Source: Eledone cirrhosa (lineage: Eukaryota). From it: a stretch of 64,000 nucleotides of DNA. The notes beneath the pieces were generated by a model. It worked only from the letters and a program-made list of their open reading frames with translations, had not been told where the DNA came from and did no database searches. Where the stretch lies: positions 245,830,001-245,894,000 of the forward strand of contig OZ024741.1 of assembly GCA_964016885.1 (NCBI GenBank), read 5' to 3'. Numbering within the stretch: position 1 is the stretch's first letter; every line of letters begins with the position of its first letter. This document shows, one piece after another, positions 10,999 through 27,000 of the stretch. A program made the position numbers and the translations under genes.

Positions 10999-13900
10999 TT
11001 TTTTACAAATTATCTCCCCCTGATTTTTTTTTACAAATTATCTACCCCTGATTTTTTTTACAAATTATCTCCCCCTGATTTTTTTTACAAATTATCTCCC
11101 CCTGATTTTTTTTTACAAATTATCTCCCCCTGATTTTTTTACAAATTATCTCCCCCTGATTTTTTTTACAAATTATCTCCGCCTGATTTTTTTAAATATT
11201 ATCTTCCCTTGGCTGGCGGGAAATTATCTCCCCTTGGACGGCTGAAAATTATCTCCCCTTGGACGGCTGGAAATTATCTCCCCTTGATTCTTTTTACAAA
11301 TTATCTCCCCCTGATTTTTTTTTACAAATTATCTCCCCCTGATTTTTTTACAAATTATCTCCCCCTGATTTTTTTTTACAAATTATCTCCCCCTGATTTT
11401 TTTTACAAATTATTTCCCTCTGATTTTTTTGCAAATTATCTCCCCCTGATTTTTTTTTTACAAATTATCTCCCCCTGATTTTTTTTTACAAATTATCTCC
11501 CCCTGATTTTTTTTTACAAATTATCTCCCCCTGATTTTTTTTACAAATTATCTCCCCCCTGATTTTTTTACAAATTATCTCCCCTTGGCTGGCTGGAAAT
11601 TATCTCCCCTTGGAGGCTGGAACTTATCTCCCCTTGGACGGCTAGAAATTACCTCTCCTTGGACGGCTGGAAAATATGTCTCCTTGGACGGCTGGATATT
11701 ATCTCCCCTTGGACGGCTGGAAATTATCTCCCCTTGGACGGCTGGAAATTATCTCCCATTGGATGGCTAGATATTACCTCCCCTTGGACGGCTGGAAATT
11801 ATCTCCCCTTGATCTTTTTACAAATTATCTCCCCCTGATTTTTTTTTTACAAATTATCTCCCCCTGATTTTTTTTTACAAATTATCTACCCCTGATTTTT
11901 TTTTACAAATTATCTCCCCCTGATTTTTTTTACAAATTATCTCCCCCTGATTTTTTTTTTACAAATTATCTCCCCCTGATTTTTTTACAAATTATCTCCC
12001 ACTGATTTTTTTTACAAATTATCTCCGCCTGATTTTTTTAAATATTATCTCTCCTTGGCTGGCGGGAAATTATCTCCCCTTGGACGGCTGGAAATTATCT
12101 CCCCTTGGAAGGATGGAAATTATCTCCCCTTGGACGGCTGGAAATTATCTACCCCTGATTTTTTTTACAAATTATCTCCCCCTGATTTTTTTTACAAATT
12201 ATCTCCCCCTGATTTTTTTTACAAATTATCTACCCCTGATTTTTTTTACAAATTATCTCCCCCTGATTTTTTTTTACAAATTATCTCCCCCTGATTTTTT
12301 TACAAATTATCTCCCCCTGATTTTTTTTACAATCTCCGCCTGATTTTTTTAAAAATTGTCTTCCCTTGGCTGGCTGGAAATTATCTCCCCTTGGACACTG
12401 GATATTATAGCCCCTTGGAGGGCTGGAAATTATCTTCCCTTGGACGGCTGGAAATTATCTCCCCTTGATTTTTTTTACAAATTATCTCCGCCTGATTTTT
12501 TTTTACAAATTATCTCCCCCTGATTTTTTTTTACAAATTATCTACCCCTGATTTTTTTTTACAAATTATCTCCCCCTGATTTTTTTTACAAATTATCTCC
12601 CCCTGATTTTTCTTTTACAAATTATCTCCCCCTGATTTTTTTACAAATTATCTCCCCCTGATTTTTTTTACAAATTATCTCCGCCTGATTTTTTTAAATA
12701 TTATCTTCCCTTGGCTGGCGGGAAATTATCTCCCCTTGGACGGCTGGAAATTATCTGCCCTTGATTTTCTTTTTACAAATTATCTTCCACTGATTTTTTT
12801 TACAAATTATCTTCACCTGATTTTTTAAAAAATTATCTCCCCTTGGAAGGCTGGAAATTATCTCCCCTTGGACGGCTGGAAATTATCTCCCCTTGGACGG
12901 CTAGAAATTATCTCTCCTTGGACGGCTGAAAATTATCTCCCCTTGGACGGCTGCAAATTATCTCCCCTTGATTTTTTTTTACAAATTATCTCCCCCTGAT
13001 TTTTTTTACAAATTATCTCCCCCTGATTTTTTTACAAATTATCTACCCCTGATTTTTTTTACAAATTATCTCCCCCTGATTTTTTTTTACAAATTATCTC
13101 CCCCTGATTTTTTTTTACAATCTCCGCCTGATTTTTTTAAAAATTATCTTCCCTTGGCTGGCGGGAAATTATCTCCCCTTGGACGGCTGGAAATTATCTC
13201 CCCTTGGAAGGATGGAAATTATCTCCCCTTGGACGGCTGGAAATTATCTCCCCTTGCACGGCTGGAAATTATCTCCCCTTGGCTGGAAATTATCTCCCCT
13301 TGGACGGCTAGAAATTATCTCTCTTTGGACGGCTGGAAATTATCTCCCTTTGATTTTTTTTACAAATTATCTCCCTCTGATTTTTTTTACAAATCTCCCC
13401 CTGATTTTTTTAAAAAAATTATCTCCCCTTCGCTGGCTGGAAATTATCTTCCCTTGGACGGCTGGAAATTATCTCCCCTTGATTTTTTTTACAAATTATC
13501 TCCGCCTGATTTTTTTTTAAAATTATCTCTCCTTGGACGGCTGGAAATTATCTCCCCTTGATTTTTTTTACAAATAATCTCCCCCTGATTTTTTTTATAA
13601 ATTATCTCCCCCTGATTTTTTTTTACAAATTATCTACCCCTGATTTTTTTTTACAAATTATCTCCCCCTGATTTTTTTTACAAATTATCTCCCCCTGATT
13701 TTTCTTTTACAAATTATCTCCCCCTGATTTTTTTACAAATTATCTCCCCCTGATTTTTTTTACAAATTGTCTCCGCCTGATTTTTTTAAATATTATCTTC
13801 CCTTGGCTGGCGGGAAATTACCTCCCCTTGGACGGCTGGAAATTATCTGCCCTTGATTTTCTTTTTACAAATTATCTTCCACTGATTTTTTTTACAAATT

Positions 13901-15889
13901 ATCTCCACCTGATTTTTTAAAAAATTATCTCCCCTTGGAAGGCTGGAAATTATCTCCCCTTGGACGGCTAGAAATTATCTCTCTTTGGACGGCTGGAAAT
14001 TATCACCCCTTGAGTTTTTTACAAATTATCTCCCCCTGATTTTTTTTACAAATCTCCCAGTGATTTTTTAAAAAAAATTATCTCCCCTTCGCTGGCTGGA
14101 AATTATCTCCCCTTGGACGCTGGAAATTATAGCCCCTTGGAGGGCTGGAAATTATCTTCCCTTGGACGGCTGGAAATTATCTCCCCTTGGACGGCTGGAA
14201 ATTATCTCTCCTTGGACGGCTAGAATTTACCTCTCCTTGGACGGCTGAAAATTATCTCCCCTTGAACGGCTGGAAATTATCTCCCCTTGATTTTTTTTAC
14301 AAATTATCTCCCCCTTTTTTTTTTTTACAAATTATCTCCCCCTGATTTTTTTTTACAAATTATCTCCCCCTCATTTTTTTTTACAAATTATCTCCCCCTG
14401 ATTTTTTTTACAAATTATCTCCCCCCTGATTTTTTTACAAATTATCTCCCCTTGGCTGGTTGGAAATTATCTCCCCTTGGAGGCTGGAACTTATCTCCCC
14501 TTGGACGGCTAGAAATTACCTCTCCTTGGACGGCTGGAAAATATGTCTCCTTGGACGGCTGGATATTATCTCCCCTTGGACGGCTGGAAATTATCTCCCC
14601 TTGGACGGCTGGAAATTATCTCCCCTTGGATGGCTAGATATTACCTCCCCTTGGACGGCTGGAAATTATCTCCCCTTGATTTTTTTAACAAATTATCTCC
14701 CCCTGATTTTTTTTACAAATTATCTCCCCCTGATTTTTTTTAAAAAATTATCTCCCCCTGATTTTTGTTTACAAATTATCTCCGCCTGATTTTTTTTAAC
14801 AAATTATCTCCCCTTGGACGGCTGGAAATTATCTCCCCTTGGACGGCTGGAAATTATATCTCCTTGGACGGCTAGAATTTACCTCTCCTTGGACGGCTGA
14901 AAATTATCTCCCCTTGGACGGCTGGAAATTATCTCCCCTTGATTTTTTTTACAAATTATCTCCCCCTGATTTTTTTTTACAAATTATCTCCCCCTGATTT
15001 TTTTTTACAAATTATCTCCCCCTGATTTTTTTTTACAAATTATCTCCCCCTGATTTTTTTACAAATTATCTCCCCTTGGCTGGCTGGAAATTATCTCCCC
15101 TTGGAGGCTGGAACTTATCTCCACTTGGACGGCTAGAAATTACCTCTCCTTGGACGGCTGGAAAATATGTCTCCTTGGACGGCTGGATATTATCTCCCCT
15201 TGGACGGCTGGAAATTATCTCCCCTTGGACGGCTGGAAATTATCTCCCCTTGGATGGCTAGATATTACCTCCCCTTGGACGGCTGGAAATTATCTCCCCT
15301 TGATTTTTTTTACAAATTATCTCCCCCTGATTTTTTTTTACAAATTATCTCCCCCTGATTTTTTTTTACAAATTATCTCCCCCTGATTTTTGTTTACAAA
15401 TTATCTCCGCCTGATTTTTTTTTTTAAATTATCTCCCCTTGGACGGCTGGAAATTATCTCCCCTTGGACGGCTAGAAATTACCTCTCCTTGGACGGCTGA
15501 AAATTATCTCCCCTTGGACGGCTGGAAATTATCTCCCCTTGATTTTTTTACAAATTATCTCCCCCTGATTTTTTTTTTACAAATTATCTCCCCCTGATTT
15601 TTTTTTACAAATTATCTACCCCTGATTTTTTTTTACAAATTATCTCCCCCTGATTTTTTTTTACAAATTATCTACCCCTGATTTTTTTTACAAATTATCT
15701 CCCCCTGATTTTTTTTACAAATTATCTCCCCCTGATTTTTTTTTTACAAATTATCTCCCCCTGATTTTTTTACAAATTATCTCCCCCTGATTTTTTTTAC
15801 AAATTATCTCCGCCGGATTTTTTTAAATATTATCTTCCCTTGGCTTGCGGGAAATTATCTCCCCTTGGACGGCTGAAAATTATCTCCCC

Positions 15890-18800
15890 TTGGACGGCTG
15901 GAAATTATCTCCCCTTGCACGGCTGGAAATTATCTCCCCTTGGACGGCTAGAAATTATCTCTCTTTGGACGGCTGGAAATTATCTCCCTTTGATTTTTTT
16001 TACAAATTATCTCCCTCTGATTTTTTTTACGAATCTCCCCCTGATTTTTTTAAAAAAATTATCTCCCCTTCGCTGGCTGGAAATTATCTCCCCTTGGACA
16101 CTGGAAATTATAGCCCCTTGGAGGGCTGGAAATTATCTTCCCTTGGACGGCTGGAAATTATCTCCCCCTGATTTTTTTTACAAATTATCTCCGCCTTATT
16201 TTTTTAAAAAGTTATCTCTCCTTGGACGGCTGGAAATTATCTCCCCTTGATTTTTTTTACAAATAATCTCCCCCTGATTTTTTTTTACAAATTATCTCCC
16301 CCTGATTTTTTTTTACAAATTATCTACCCCTGATTTTCTTTTACAAATTATCTCCCCCTGATTTTTGTTACAAATTATCTCCCCCTGATTTTTCTTTTAC
16401 AAATTATCTCCCCCTGATTTTTTTTACAAATTATCTCCGCCTGATTTTTTTAAATATTATCTTCCCTTGGCTGGCGGGAAATTATCTCCCCTTGGATGGC
16501 TGGAAATTATCTGCCCTTGATTTTCTTTTTACAAATTATCTTCCACTGATTTTTTTTACAAATTATCTCCACCTGATTTTTTAAAAAATTATCTCCCCTT
16601 GGAAGGCTGGAAATTATCTCCCCTTGGCTGGAAATTATCTCCCCTTGGACGGCTAGAAATTATCTCTCTTTGTACGGCTGGAAATTATCACCCCTTGAGT
16701 TTTTTACAAATTATCTCCCCCTGATTTTTTTTACAAATCTCCCAGTGTTTTTTAAAAAAAATTATCTCCCCTTCGCTGGCTGGAAATTATCTCCCCTTGG
16801 ACGCTGGAAATTATAGCCCCTTGGAGGGCTGGAAATTATCTTCCCTTGGACGGCTGGAAATTATCTCCCCTTGATTTTTTTTACAAATTATCTCCCCCTG
16901 ATTTTTTTTTACAAATTATCTCCCCCTGATTTTTTTTTACAACTTATCTGCGCCTGATTTTTTTAAAAAAATTATCTTCCCTTGGACGGCTGGAAATTAT
17001 CTCCCCTTGGACGGCTGGAAATTATCTCTCCTTGGACGGCTAGAATTTACCTCTCCTTGGACGGCTGAAAATTATCTCCCCTTGGACGGCTGGAAATTAT
17101 CTCCCCTTGATTTTTTTTACAAATTATCTCCCCCTGATTTTTTTTTACAAATTATCTGCCCCTGATTTTTTTTTACAAATTATCTCCCCCTGATTTTTTT
17201 TTTAAAATTATCTCCCCCTGATTTTTTTTACAAATTATCTCCCCCTGATTTTTTTACAAATTATCTCCCCTTGGCTGGCTGGAAATTATCTCCCCTTGGA
17301 GGCTGGAACTTATGTCCCCTTGGACGGCTAGAAATGACCTCTCCTTGGACGGCTGGAAAATATGTCTCCTTGGACGGCTGGATATTATCTCCCCTTGGAC
17401 GGCTGGAAATTATCTCCCCTTGGACGGCTGGAAATTATCTCCCCTTGGATGGCTAGATATTACCTCCCCTTGGACGGCTGGAAATTATCTCCCCTTGATT
17501 TTTTTTACAAATTATCTCCCCCTGATTTTTTTTTACAAATTTTCTCCCCCTGATTTTTGTTTACAAATTATCTCCGCCTGATTTTTTTTAAAAAATTATC
17601 TCCCCTTGGACGGCTGGAAATTATCTCCCCTTGGACGGCTAGAAATTACCTCTCCTTGGACGGCTGAAAATTATCTCCCCTTGGACGGCTGGAAATTATC
17701 TCCCCTTGATTTTTTTACAAATAATCTCCCCCTGATTTTTTTTTACAAATTATCTCCCCCTGATTTTTTTTTTACAAATTATCTCCCCCTGATTTTTTTT
17801 TACAAATTATCTACCCCTGATTTTTTTTACAAATTATCTCCCCCTGATTTTTTTTACAAATTATCTCCCCCTGATTTTTTTTTACAAATTATCTACCCCT
17901 GATTTTTTTACAAATTATCTCCCCCTGATTTTTTTTACAAATTATCTCCGCCTGATTTTTTTAAATATTATCTTCCCTTGGCTGGCGGGAAATTATCTCC
18001 CCTTGGACGGCTGAAAATTATCTCCCCTTGGACGGCTGGAAATTATCTCCCCTTGATTCTTTTTACAAATTATCTCCCCCTGATTTTTTTTTACAAATTA
18101 TCTCCCCCTGATTTTTTTACAAATTATCTCCCCCTGATTTTTTTTTACAAATTATCTCCCCCTGATTTTTTTTACAAATTATTTCCCTCTGATTTTTTTG
18201 CAAATTATCTCCCCCTGATTTTTTTTTTACAAATTATCTCCCCCTGATTTTTTTTTACAAATTATCTCCCCCTGATTTTTTTTTACAAATTATCTCCCCC
18301 TGATTTTTTTTACAAATTATCTCCCCCCTGATTTTTTTACAAATTATCTCCCCTTGGCTGGCTGGAAATTATCTCCCCTTGGAGGCTGGAACTTATCTCC
18401 CCTTGGACGGCTAGAAATTACCTCTCCTTGGACGGCTGGAAAATATGTCTCCTTGGACGGCTGGATATTATCTCCCCTTGGACGGCTGGAAATTATCTCC
18501 CCTTGGACGGCTGGAAATTATCTCCCATTGGATGGCTAGATATTACCTCCCCTTGGACGGCTGGAAATTATCTCCCCTTGATCTTTTTACAAATTATCTC
18601 CCCCTGATTTTTTTTTTACAAATTATCTCCCCCTGATTTTTTTTTACAAATTATCTACCCCTGATTTTTTTTTACAAATTATCTCCCCCTGATTTTTTTT
18701 ACAAATTATCTCCCCCTGATTTTTTTTTTACAAATTATCTCCCCCTGATTTTTTTACAAATTATCTCCCACTGATTTTTTTTACAAATTATCTCCGCCTG

Positions 18801-21800
18801 ATTTTTTTAAATATTATCTCTCCTTGGCTGGCGGGAAATTATCTCCCCTTGGACGGCTGGAAATTATCTCCCCTTGGAAGGATGGAAATTATCTCCCCTT
18901 GGACGGCTGGAAATTATCTACCCCTGATTTTTTTTACAAATTATCTCCCCCTGATTTTTTTTACAAATTATCTCCCCCTGATTTTTTTTACAAATTATCT
19001 ACCCCTGATTTTTTTTACAAATTATCTCCCCCTGATTTTTTTTTACAAATTATCTCCCCTGATTTTTTTACAAATTATCTCCCCCTGATTTTTTTTACAA
19101 TCTCCGCCTGATTTTTTTAAAAATTGTCTTCCCTTGGCTGGCTGGAAATTATCTCCCCTTGGACACTGGATATTATAGCCCCTTGGAGGGCTGGAAATTA
19201 TCTTCCCTTGGACGGCTGGAAATTATCTCCCCTTGATTTTTTTTACAAATTATCTCCGCCTGATTTTTTTTTACAAATTATCTCCCCCTGATTTTTTTTT
19301 ACAAATTATCTACCCCTGATTTTTTTTTTACAAATTATCTCCCCCTGATTTTTTTTACAAATTATCTCCCCCTGATTTTTCTTTTACAAATTATCTCCCC
19401 CTGATTTTTTTACAAATTATCTCCCCCTGATTTTTTTTACAAATTATCTCCGCCTGATTTTTTTAAATATTATCTTCCCTTGGCTGGCGGGAAATTATCT
19501 CCCCTTGGACGGCTGGAAATTATCTGCCCTTGATTTTCTTTTTACAAATTATCTTCCACTGATTTTTTTTACAAATTATCTTCACCTGATTTTTTAAAAA
19601 ATTATCTCCCCTTGGAAGGCTGGAAATTATCTCCCCTTGGACGGCTGGAAATTATCTCCCCTTGGACGGCTAGAATTTACCTCTCCTTGGACGGCTGAAA
19701 ATTATCTCCCCTTGAACGGCTGGAAATTATCTCCCCTTGATTTTTTTTACAAATTATCTCCCCCTTTTTTTTTTTTACAAATTATCTCCCCCTGATTTTT
19801 TTTTACAAATTATCTCCCCCTGATTTTTTTTTACAAATTATCTCCCCCTGATTTTTTTTACAAATTATCTCCCCCTGATTTTTTTTACAAATTATCTCCC
19901 CCTGATTTTTTTACAAATTATCTCCCCCTGATTTTTTTTACAAATTATCTACCCCTGATTTTTTTTACAAATTATCTCCCCCTGATTTTTTTTTACAAAT
20001 TATCTCCCCCTGATTTCTTTTTACAAATTATCTCCCCCTGATTTTTTTTTTACAAATTATCTCCCCCTGATTTTTTTACAAAGTATCTCCCCCTGATTTT
20101 TTTTACAATCTCCGCCTGATTTTTTTAAAAATTATCTTCCCTTGGCTGGCGGGAAATTATCTCCCCTTGGACGGCTGGAAATTATCTCCCCTTGGAAGGA
20201 TGGAAATTATCTCCCCTTGGACGGCTGGAAATTATCTCCCCTTGCACGGCTGGAAATTATCTCCCCTTGGACGGCTAGAAATTATCTCTCTTTGGACGGC
20301 TGGAAATTATCTCCCTTTGATTTTTTTTACAAATTATCTCCCTCTGATTTTTTTTACGAATCTCCCCCTGATTTTTTTAAAAAAATTATCTCCCCTTCGC
20401 TGGCTGGAAATTATCTCCCCTTGGACACTGGAAATTATAGCCCCTTGGAGGGCTGGAAATTATCTTCCCTTGGACGGCTGGAAATTATCTCCCCCTGATT
20501 TTTTTTACAAATTATCTCCGCCTTATTTTTTTAAAAAGTTATCTCTCCTTGGACGACTGGAAATTATCTCCCCTTGATTTTTTTTACAAATAATCTCCCC
20601 CTGATTTTTTTTTACAAATTATCTCCCCCTGATTTTTTTTTACAAATTATCTACCCCTGATTTTCTTTTACAAATTATCTCCCCCTGATTTTTGTTACAA
20701 ATTATCTCCCCCTGATTTTTCTTTTACAAATTATCTCCCCCTGATTTTTTTTACAAATTATCTCCGCCTGATTTTTTTAAATATTATCTTCCCTTGGCTG
20801 GCGGGAAATTATCTCCCCTTGGATGGCTGGAAATTATCTGCCCTTGATTTTCTTTTTACAAATTATCTTCCACTGATTTTTTTTACAAATTATCTCCACC
20901 TGATTTTTTAAAAAATTATCTCCCCTTGGAAGGCTGGAAATTATCTCCCCTTGGCTGGAAATTATCTCCCCTTGGACGGCTAGAAATTATCTCTCTTTGT
21001 ACGGCTGGAAATTATCACCCCTTGAGTTTTTTACAAATTATCTCCCCCTGATTTTTTTTACAAATCTCCCAGTGTTTTTTAAAAAAAATTATCTCCCCTT
21101 CGCTGGCTGGAAATTATCTCCCCTTGGACGCTGGAAATTATAGCCCCTTGGAGGGCTGGAAATTATCTTCCCTTGGACGGCTGGAAATTATCTCCCCTTG
21201 ATTTTTTTTACAAATTATCTCCCCCTGATTTTTTTTTACAAATTATCTCCCCCTGATTTTTTTTTACAACTTATCTGCGCCTGATTTTTTTAAAAAAATT
21301 ATCTTCCCTTGGACGGCTGGAAATTATCTCCCCTTGGACGGCTGGAAATTATCTCTCCTTGGACGGCTAGAATTTACCTCTCCTTGGACGGCTGAAAATT
21401 ATCTCCCCTTGGACGGCTGGAAATTATCTCCCCTTGATTTTTTTTACAAATTATCTCCCCCTGATTTTTTTTTACAAATTATCTGCCCCTGATTTTTTTT
21501 TACAAATTATCTCCCCCTGATTTTTTTTTTAAAATTATCTCCCCCTGATTTTTTTTACAAATTATCTCCCCCTGATTTTTTTACAAATTATCTCCCCTTG
21601 GCTGGCTGGAAATTATCTCCCCTTGGAGGCTGGAACTTATGTCCCCTTGGACGGCTAGAAATGACCTCTCCTTGGACGGCTGGAAAATATGTCTCCTTGG
21701 ACGGCTGGATATTATCTCCCCTTGGACGGCTGGAAATTATCTCCCCTTGGACGGCTGGAAATTATCTCCCCTTGGATGGCTAGATATTACCTCCCCTTGG

Positions 21801-24000
21801 ACGGCTGGAAATTATCTCCCCTTGATTTTTTTTACAAATTATCTCCCCTTGATTTTTTTTTACAAATTTTCTCCCCCTGATTTTTGTTTACAAATTATCT
21901 CCGCCTGATTTTTTTTTAAAAATTATCTCCCCTTGGACGGCTGGAAATTATCTCCCCTTGGACGGCTAGAAATTACCTCTCCTTGGACGGCTGAAAATTA
22001 TCTCCCCTTGGACGGCTGGAAATTATCTCCCCTTGATTTTTTTACAAATAATCTCCCCCTGATTTTTTTTTACAAATTATCTCCCCCTGATTTTTTTTTT
22101 ACAAATTATCTCCCCCTGATTTTTTTTTACAAATTATCTACCCCTGATTTTTTTTACAAATTATCTCCCCCTGATTTTTTTACAAATTATCTCCCCCTGA
22201 TTTTTTTTTACAAATTATCTCCCCCTGATTTTTTTACAAATTATCTCCCCCTGATTTTTTTTACAAATTATCTCCGCCTGATTTTTTTAAATATTATCTT
22301 CCCTTGGCTGGCGGGAAATTATCTCCCCTTGGACGGCTGAAAATTATCTCCCCTTGGACGGCTGGAAATTATCTCCCCTTGATTCTTTTTACAAATTATC
22401 TCCCCCTGATTTTTTTTTACAAATTATCTCCCCCTGATTTTTTTACAAATTATCTCCCCCTGATTTTTTTTTACAAATTATCTCCCCCTGATTTTTTTTA
22501 CAAATTATTTCCCTCTGATTTTTTTGCAAATTATCTCCCCCTGATTTTTTTTTTACAAATTATCTCCCCCTGATTTTTTTTTACAAATTATCTCCCCCTG
22601 ATTTTTTTTTACAAATTATCTCCCCCTGATTTTTTTTACAAATTATCTCCCCCCTGATTTTTTTACAAATTATCTCCCCTTGGCTGGCTGGAAATTATCT
22701 CCCCTTGGAGGCTGGAACTTATCTCCCCTTGGACGGCTAGAAATTACCTCTCCTTGGACGGCTGGAAAATATGTCTCCTTGGACGGCTGGATATTATCTC
22801 CCCTTGGACGGCTGGAAATTATCTCCCCTTGGACGGCTGGAAATTATCTCCCATTGGATGGCTAGATATTACCTCCCCTTGGACGGCTGGAAATTATCTC
22901 CCCTTGATCTTTTTACAAATTATCTCCCCCTGATTTTTTTTTTACAAATTATCTCCCCCTGATTTTTTTTTACAAATTATCTACCCCTGATTTTTTTTTA
23001 CAAATTATCTCCCCCTGATTTTTTTTACAAATTATCTCCCCCTGATTTTTTTTTTACAAATTATCTCCCCCTGATTTTTTTACAAATTATCTCCCACTGA
23101 TTTTTTTTACAAATTATCTCCGCCTGATTTTTTTAAATATTATCTCTCCTTGGCTGGCGGGAAATTATCTCCCCTTGGACGGCTGGAAATTATCTCCCCT
23201 TGGAAGGATGGAAATTATCTCCCCTTGGACGGCTGGAAATTATCTACCCCTGATTTTTTTTACAAATTATCTCCCCCTGATTTTTTTTACAAATTATCTC
23301 CCCCTGATTTTTTTTACAAATTATCTACCCCTGATTTTTTTTACAAATTATCTCCCCCTGATTTTTTTTTACAAATTATCTCCCCCTGATTTTTTTACAA
23401 ATTATCTCCCCCTGATTTTTTTTACAATCTCCGCCTGATTTTTTTAAAAATTGTCTTCCCTTGGCTGGCTGGAAATTATCTCCCCTTGGACACTGGATAT
23501 TATAGCCCCTTGGAGGGCTGGAAATTATCTTCCCTTGGACGGCTGGAAATTATCTCCCCTTGATTTTTTTTACAAATTATCTCCGCCTGATTTTTTTTTA
23601 CAAATTATCTCCCCCTGATTTTTTTTTACAAATTATCTACCCCTGATTTTTTTTTACAAATTATCTCCCCCTGATTTTTTTTACAAATTATCTCCCCCTG
23701 ATTTTTCTTTTACAAATTATCTCCCCCTGATTTTTTTACAAATTATCTCCCCCTGATTTTTTTTACAAATTATCTCCGCCTGATTTTTTTAAATATTATC
23801 TTCCCTTGGCTGGCGGGAAATTATCTCCCCTTGGACGGCTGGAAATTATCTGCCCTTGATTTTCTTTTTACAAATTATCTTCCACTGATTTTTTTTACAA
23901 ATTATCTTCACCTGATTTTTTAAAAAATTATCTCCCCTTGGAAGGCTGGAAATTATCTCCCCTTGGACGGCTGGAAATTATCTCCCCTTGGACGGCTAGA
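15890..24000 (+). repeat. Block ~15.9-19.7 kb repeated at ~20.2-24.0 kb (offset 4,326-4,327)
   Basis: ORF pairs 17271/21598, 17606/21933, 17978/22304, 18354/22680, 18824/23150. Confidence 0.85.
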
Positions 24001-27000
24001 AATTATCTCTCCTTGGACGGCTGAAAATTATCTCCCCTTGGACGGCTGCAAATTATCTCCCCTTGATTTTTTTTACAAATTATCTCCCCCTGATTTTTTT
24101 TACAAATTATCTCCCCCTGATTTTTTTACAAATTATCTACCCCTGATTTTTTTTACAAATTATCTCCCCCTGATTTTTTTTTACAAATTATCTCCCCCTG
24201 ATTTTTTTTTACAAATTATCTCCCCCTGATTTTTTTTTACAAATTATCTCCCCCTGATTTTTTTACAAATTATCTCCCCCTGATTTTTTTTACAATCTCC
24301 GCCTGATTTTTTTAAAAATTATCTTCCCTTGGCTGGCGGGAAATTATCTCCCCTTGGACGGCTGGAAATTATCTCCCCTTGGAAGGATGGAAATTATCTC
24401 CCCTTGGACGGCTGGAAATTATCTCCCCTTGCACGGCTGGAAATTATCTCCCCTTGGCTGGAAATTATCTCCCCTTGGACGGCTAGAAATTATCTCTCTT
24501 TGGACGGCTGGAAATTATCTCCCCCTGATTTTTTTTACAAATTATCTCCGCCTTATTTTTTTAAAAAGTTATCTCTCCTTGGACGGCTGGAAATTATCTC
24601 CCCTTGATTTTTTTTACAAATAATCTCCCCCTGATTTTTTTTTACAAATTATCTCCCCCTGATTTTTTTTTACAAATTATCTACCCCTGATTTTCTTTTA
24701 CAAATTATCTCCCCCTGATTTTTGTTACAAATTATCTCCCCCTGATTTTTCTTTTACAAATTATCTCCCCCTGATTTTTTTTACAAATTATCTCCGCCTG
24801 ATTTTTTTAAATATTATCTTCCCTTGGCTGGCGGGAAATTATCTCCCCTTGGATGGCTGGAAATTATCTGCCCTTGATTTTCTTTTTACAAATTATCTTC
24901 CACTGATTTTTTTTACAAATTATCTCCACCTGATTTTTTTAAAAATTATCTCCCCTTGGAAGGCTGGAAATTATCTCCCCTTGGCTGGAAATTATCTCCC
25001 CTTGGACGGCTAGAAATTATCTCTCTTTGTACGGCTGGAAATTATCACCCCTTGAGTTTTTTACAAATTATCTCCCCCTGATTTTTTTTACAAATCTCCC
25101 AGTGTTTTTTAAAAAAAATTATCTCCCCTTCGCTGGCTGGAAATTATCTCCCCTTGGACGCTGGAAATTATAGCCCCTTGGAGGGCTGGAAATTATCTTC
25201 CCTTGGACGGCTGGAAATTATCTCCCCTTGATTTTTTTTACAAATTATCTCCCCCTGATTTTTTTTTACAAATTATCTCCCCCTGATTTTTTTTTACAAC
25301 TTATCTGCGCCTGATTTTTTTAAAAAAATTATCTTCCCTTGGACGGCTGGAAATTATCTCCCCTTGGACGGCTGGAAATTATCTCTCCTTGGACGGCTAG
25401 AATTTACCTCTCCTTGGACGGCTGAAAATTATCTCCCCTTGGACGGCTGGAAATTATCTCCCCTTGATTTTTTTTACAAATTATCTCCCCCTGATTTTTT
25501 TTTACAAATTATCTGCCCCTGATTTTTTTTTACAAATTATCTCCCCCTGATTTTTTTTTTAAAATTATCTCCCCCTGATTTTTTTTACAAATTATCTCCC
25601 CCTGATTTTTTTACAAATTATCTCCCCTTGGCTGGCTGGAAATTATCTCCCCTTGGAGGCTGGAACTTATGTCCCCTTGGACGGCTAGAAATGACCTCTC
25701 CTTGGACGGCTGGAAAATATGTCTCCTTGGACGGCTGGATATTATCTCCCCTTGGACGGCTGGAAATTATCTCCCCTTGGACGGCTGGAAATTATCTCCC
25801 CTTGGATGGCTAGATATTACCTCCCCTTGGACGGCTGGAAATTATCTCCCCTTGATTTTTTTTACAAATTATCTCCCCTTGATTTTTTTTTACAAATTTT
25901 CTCCCCCTGATTTTTGTTTACAAATTATCTCCGCCTGATTTTTTTTTAAAAATTATCTCCCCTTGGACGGCTGGAAATTATCTCCCCTTGGACGGCTAGA
26001 AATTACCTCTCCTTGGACGGCTGAAAATTATCTCCCCTTGGACGGCTGGAAATTATCTCCCCTTGATTTTTTTACAAATAATCTCCCCCTGATTTTTTTT
26101 TACAAATTATCTCCCCCTGATTTTTTTTTTACAAATTATCTCCCCCTGATTTTTTTTTACAAATTATCTACCCCTGATTTTTTTTACAAATTATCTCCCC
26201 CTGATTTTTTTTACAAATTATCTCCCCCTGATTTTTTTTTACAAATTATCTCCCCCTGATTTTTTTACAAATTATCTCCCCCTGATTTTTTTTACAAATT
26301 ATCTCCGCCTGATTTTTTTAAATATTATCTTCCCTTGGCTGGCGGGAAATTATCTCCCCTTGGACGGCTGAAAATTATCTCCCCTTGGACGGCTGGAAAT
26401 TATCTCCCCTTGATTCTTTTTACAAATTATCTCCCCCTGATTTTTTTTTACAAATTATCTCCCCCTGATTTTTTTACAAATTATCTCCCCCTGATTTTTT
26501 TTTACAAATTATCTCCCCCTGATTTTTTTTACAAATTATTTCCCTCTGATTTTTTTGCAAATTATCTCCCCCTGATTTTTTTTTTACAAATTATCTCCCC
26601 CTGATTTTTTTTTACAAATTATCTCCCCCTGATTTTTTTTTACAAATTATCTCCCCCTGATTTTTTTTACAAATTATCTCCCCCCTGATTTTTTTACAAA
26701 TTATCTCCCCTTGGCTGGCTGGAAATTATCTCCCCTTGGAGGCTGGAACTTATCTCCCCTTGGACGGCTAGAAATTACCTCTCCTTGGACGGCTGGAAAA
26801 TATGTCTCCTTGGACGGCTGGATATTATCTCCCCTTGGACGGCTGGAAATTATCTCCCCTTGGACGGCTGGAAATTATCTCCCATTGGATGGCTAGATAT
26901 TACCTCCCCTTGGACGGCTGGAAATTATCTCCCCTTGATCTTTTTACAAATTATCTCCCCCTGATTTTTTTTTTACAAATTATCTCCCCCTGATTTTTTT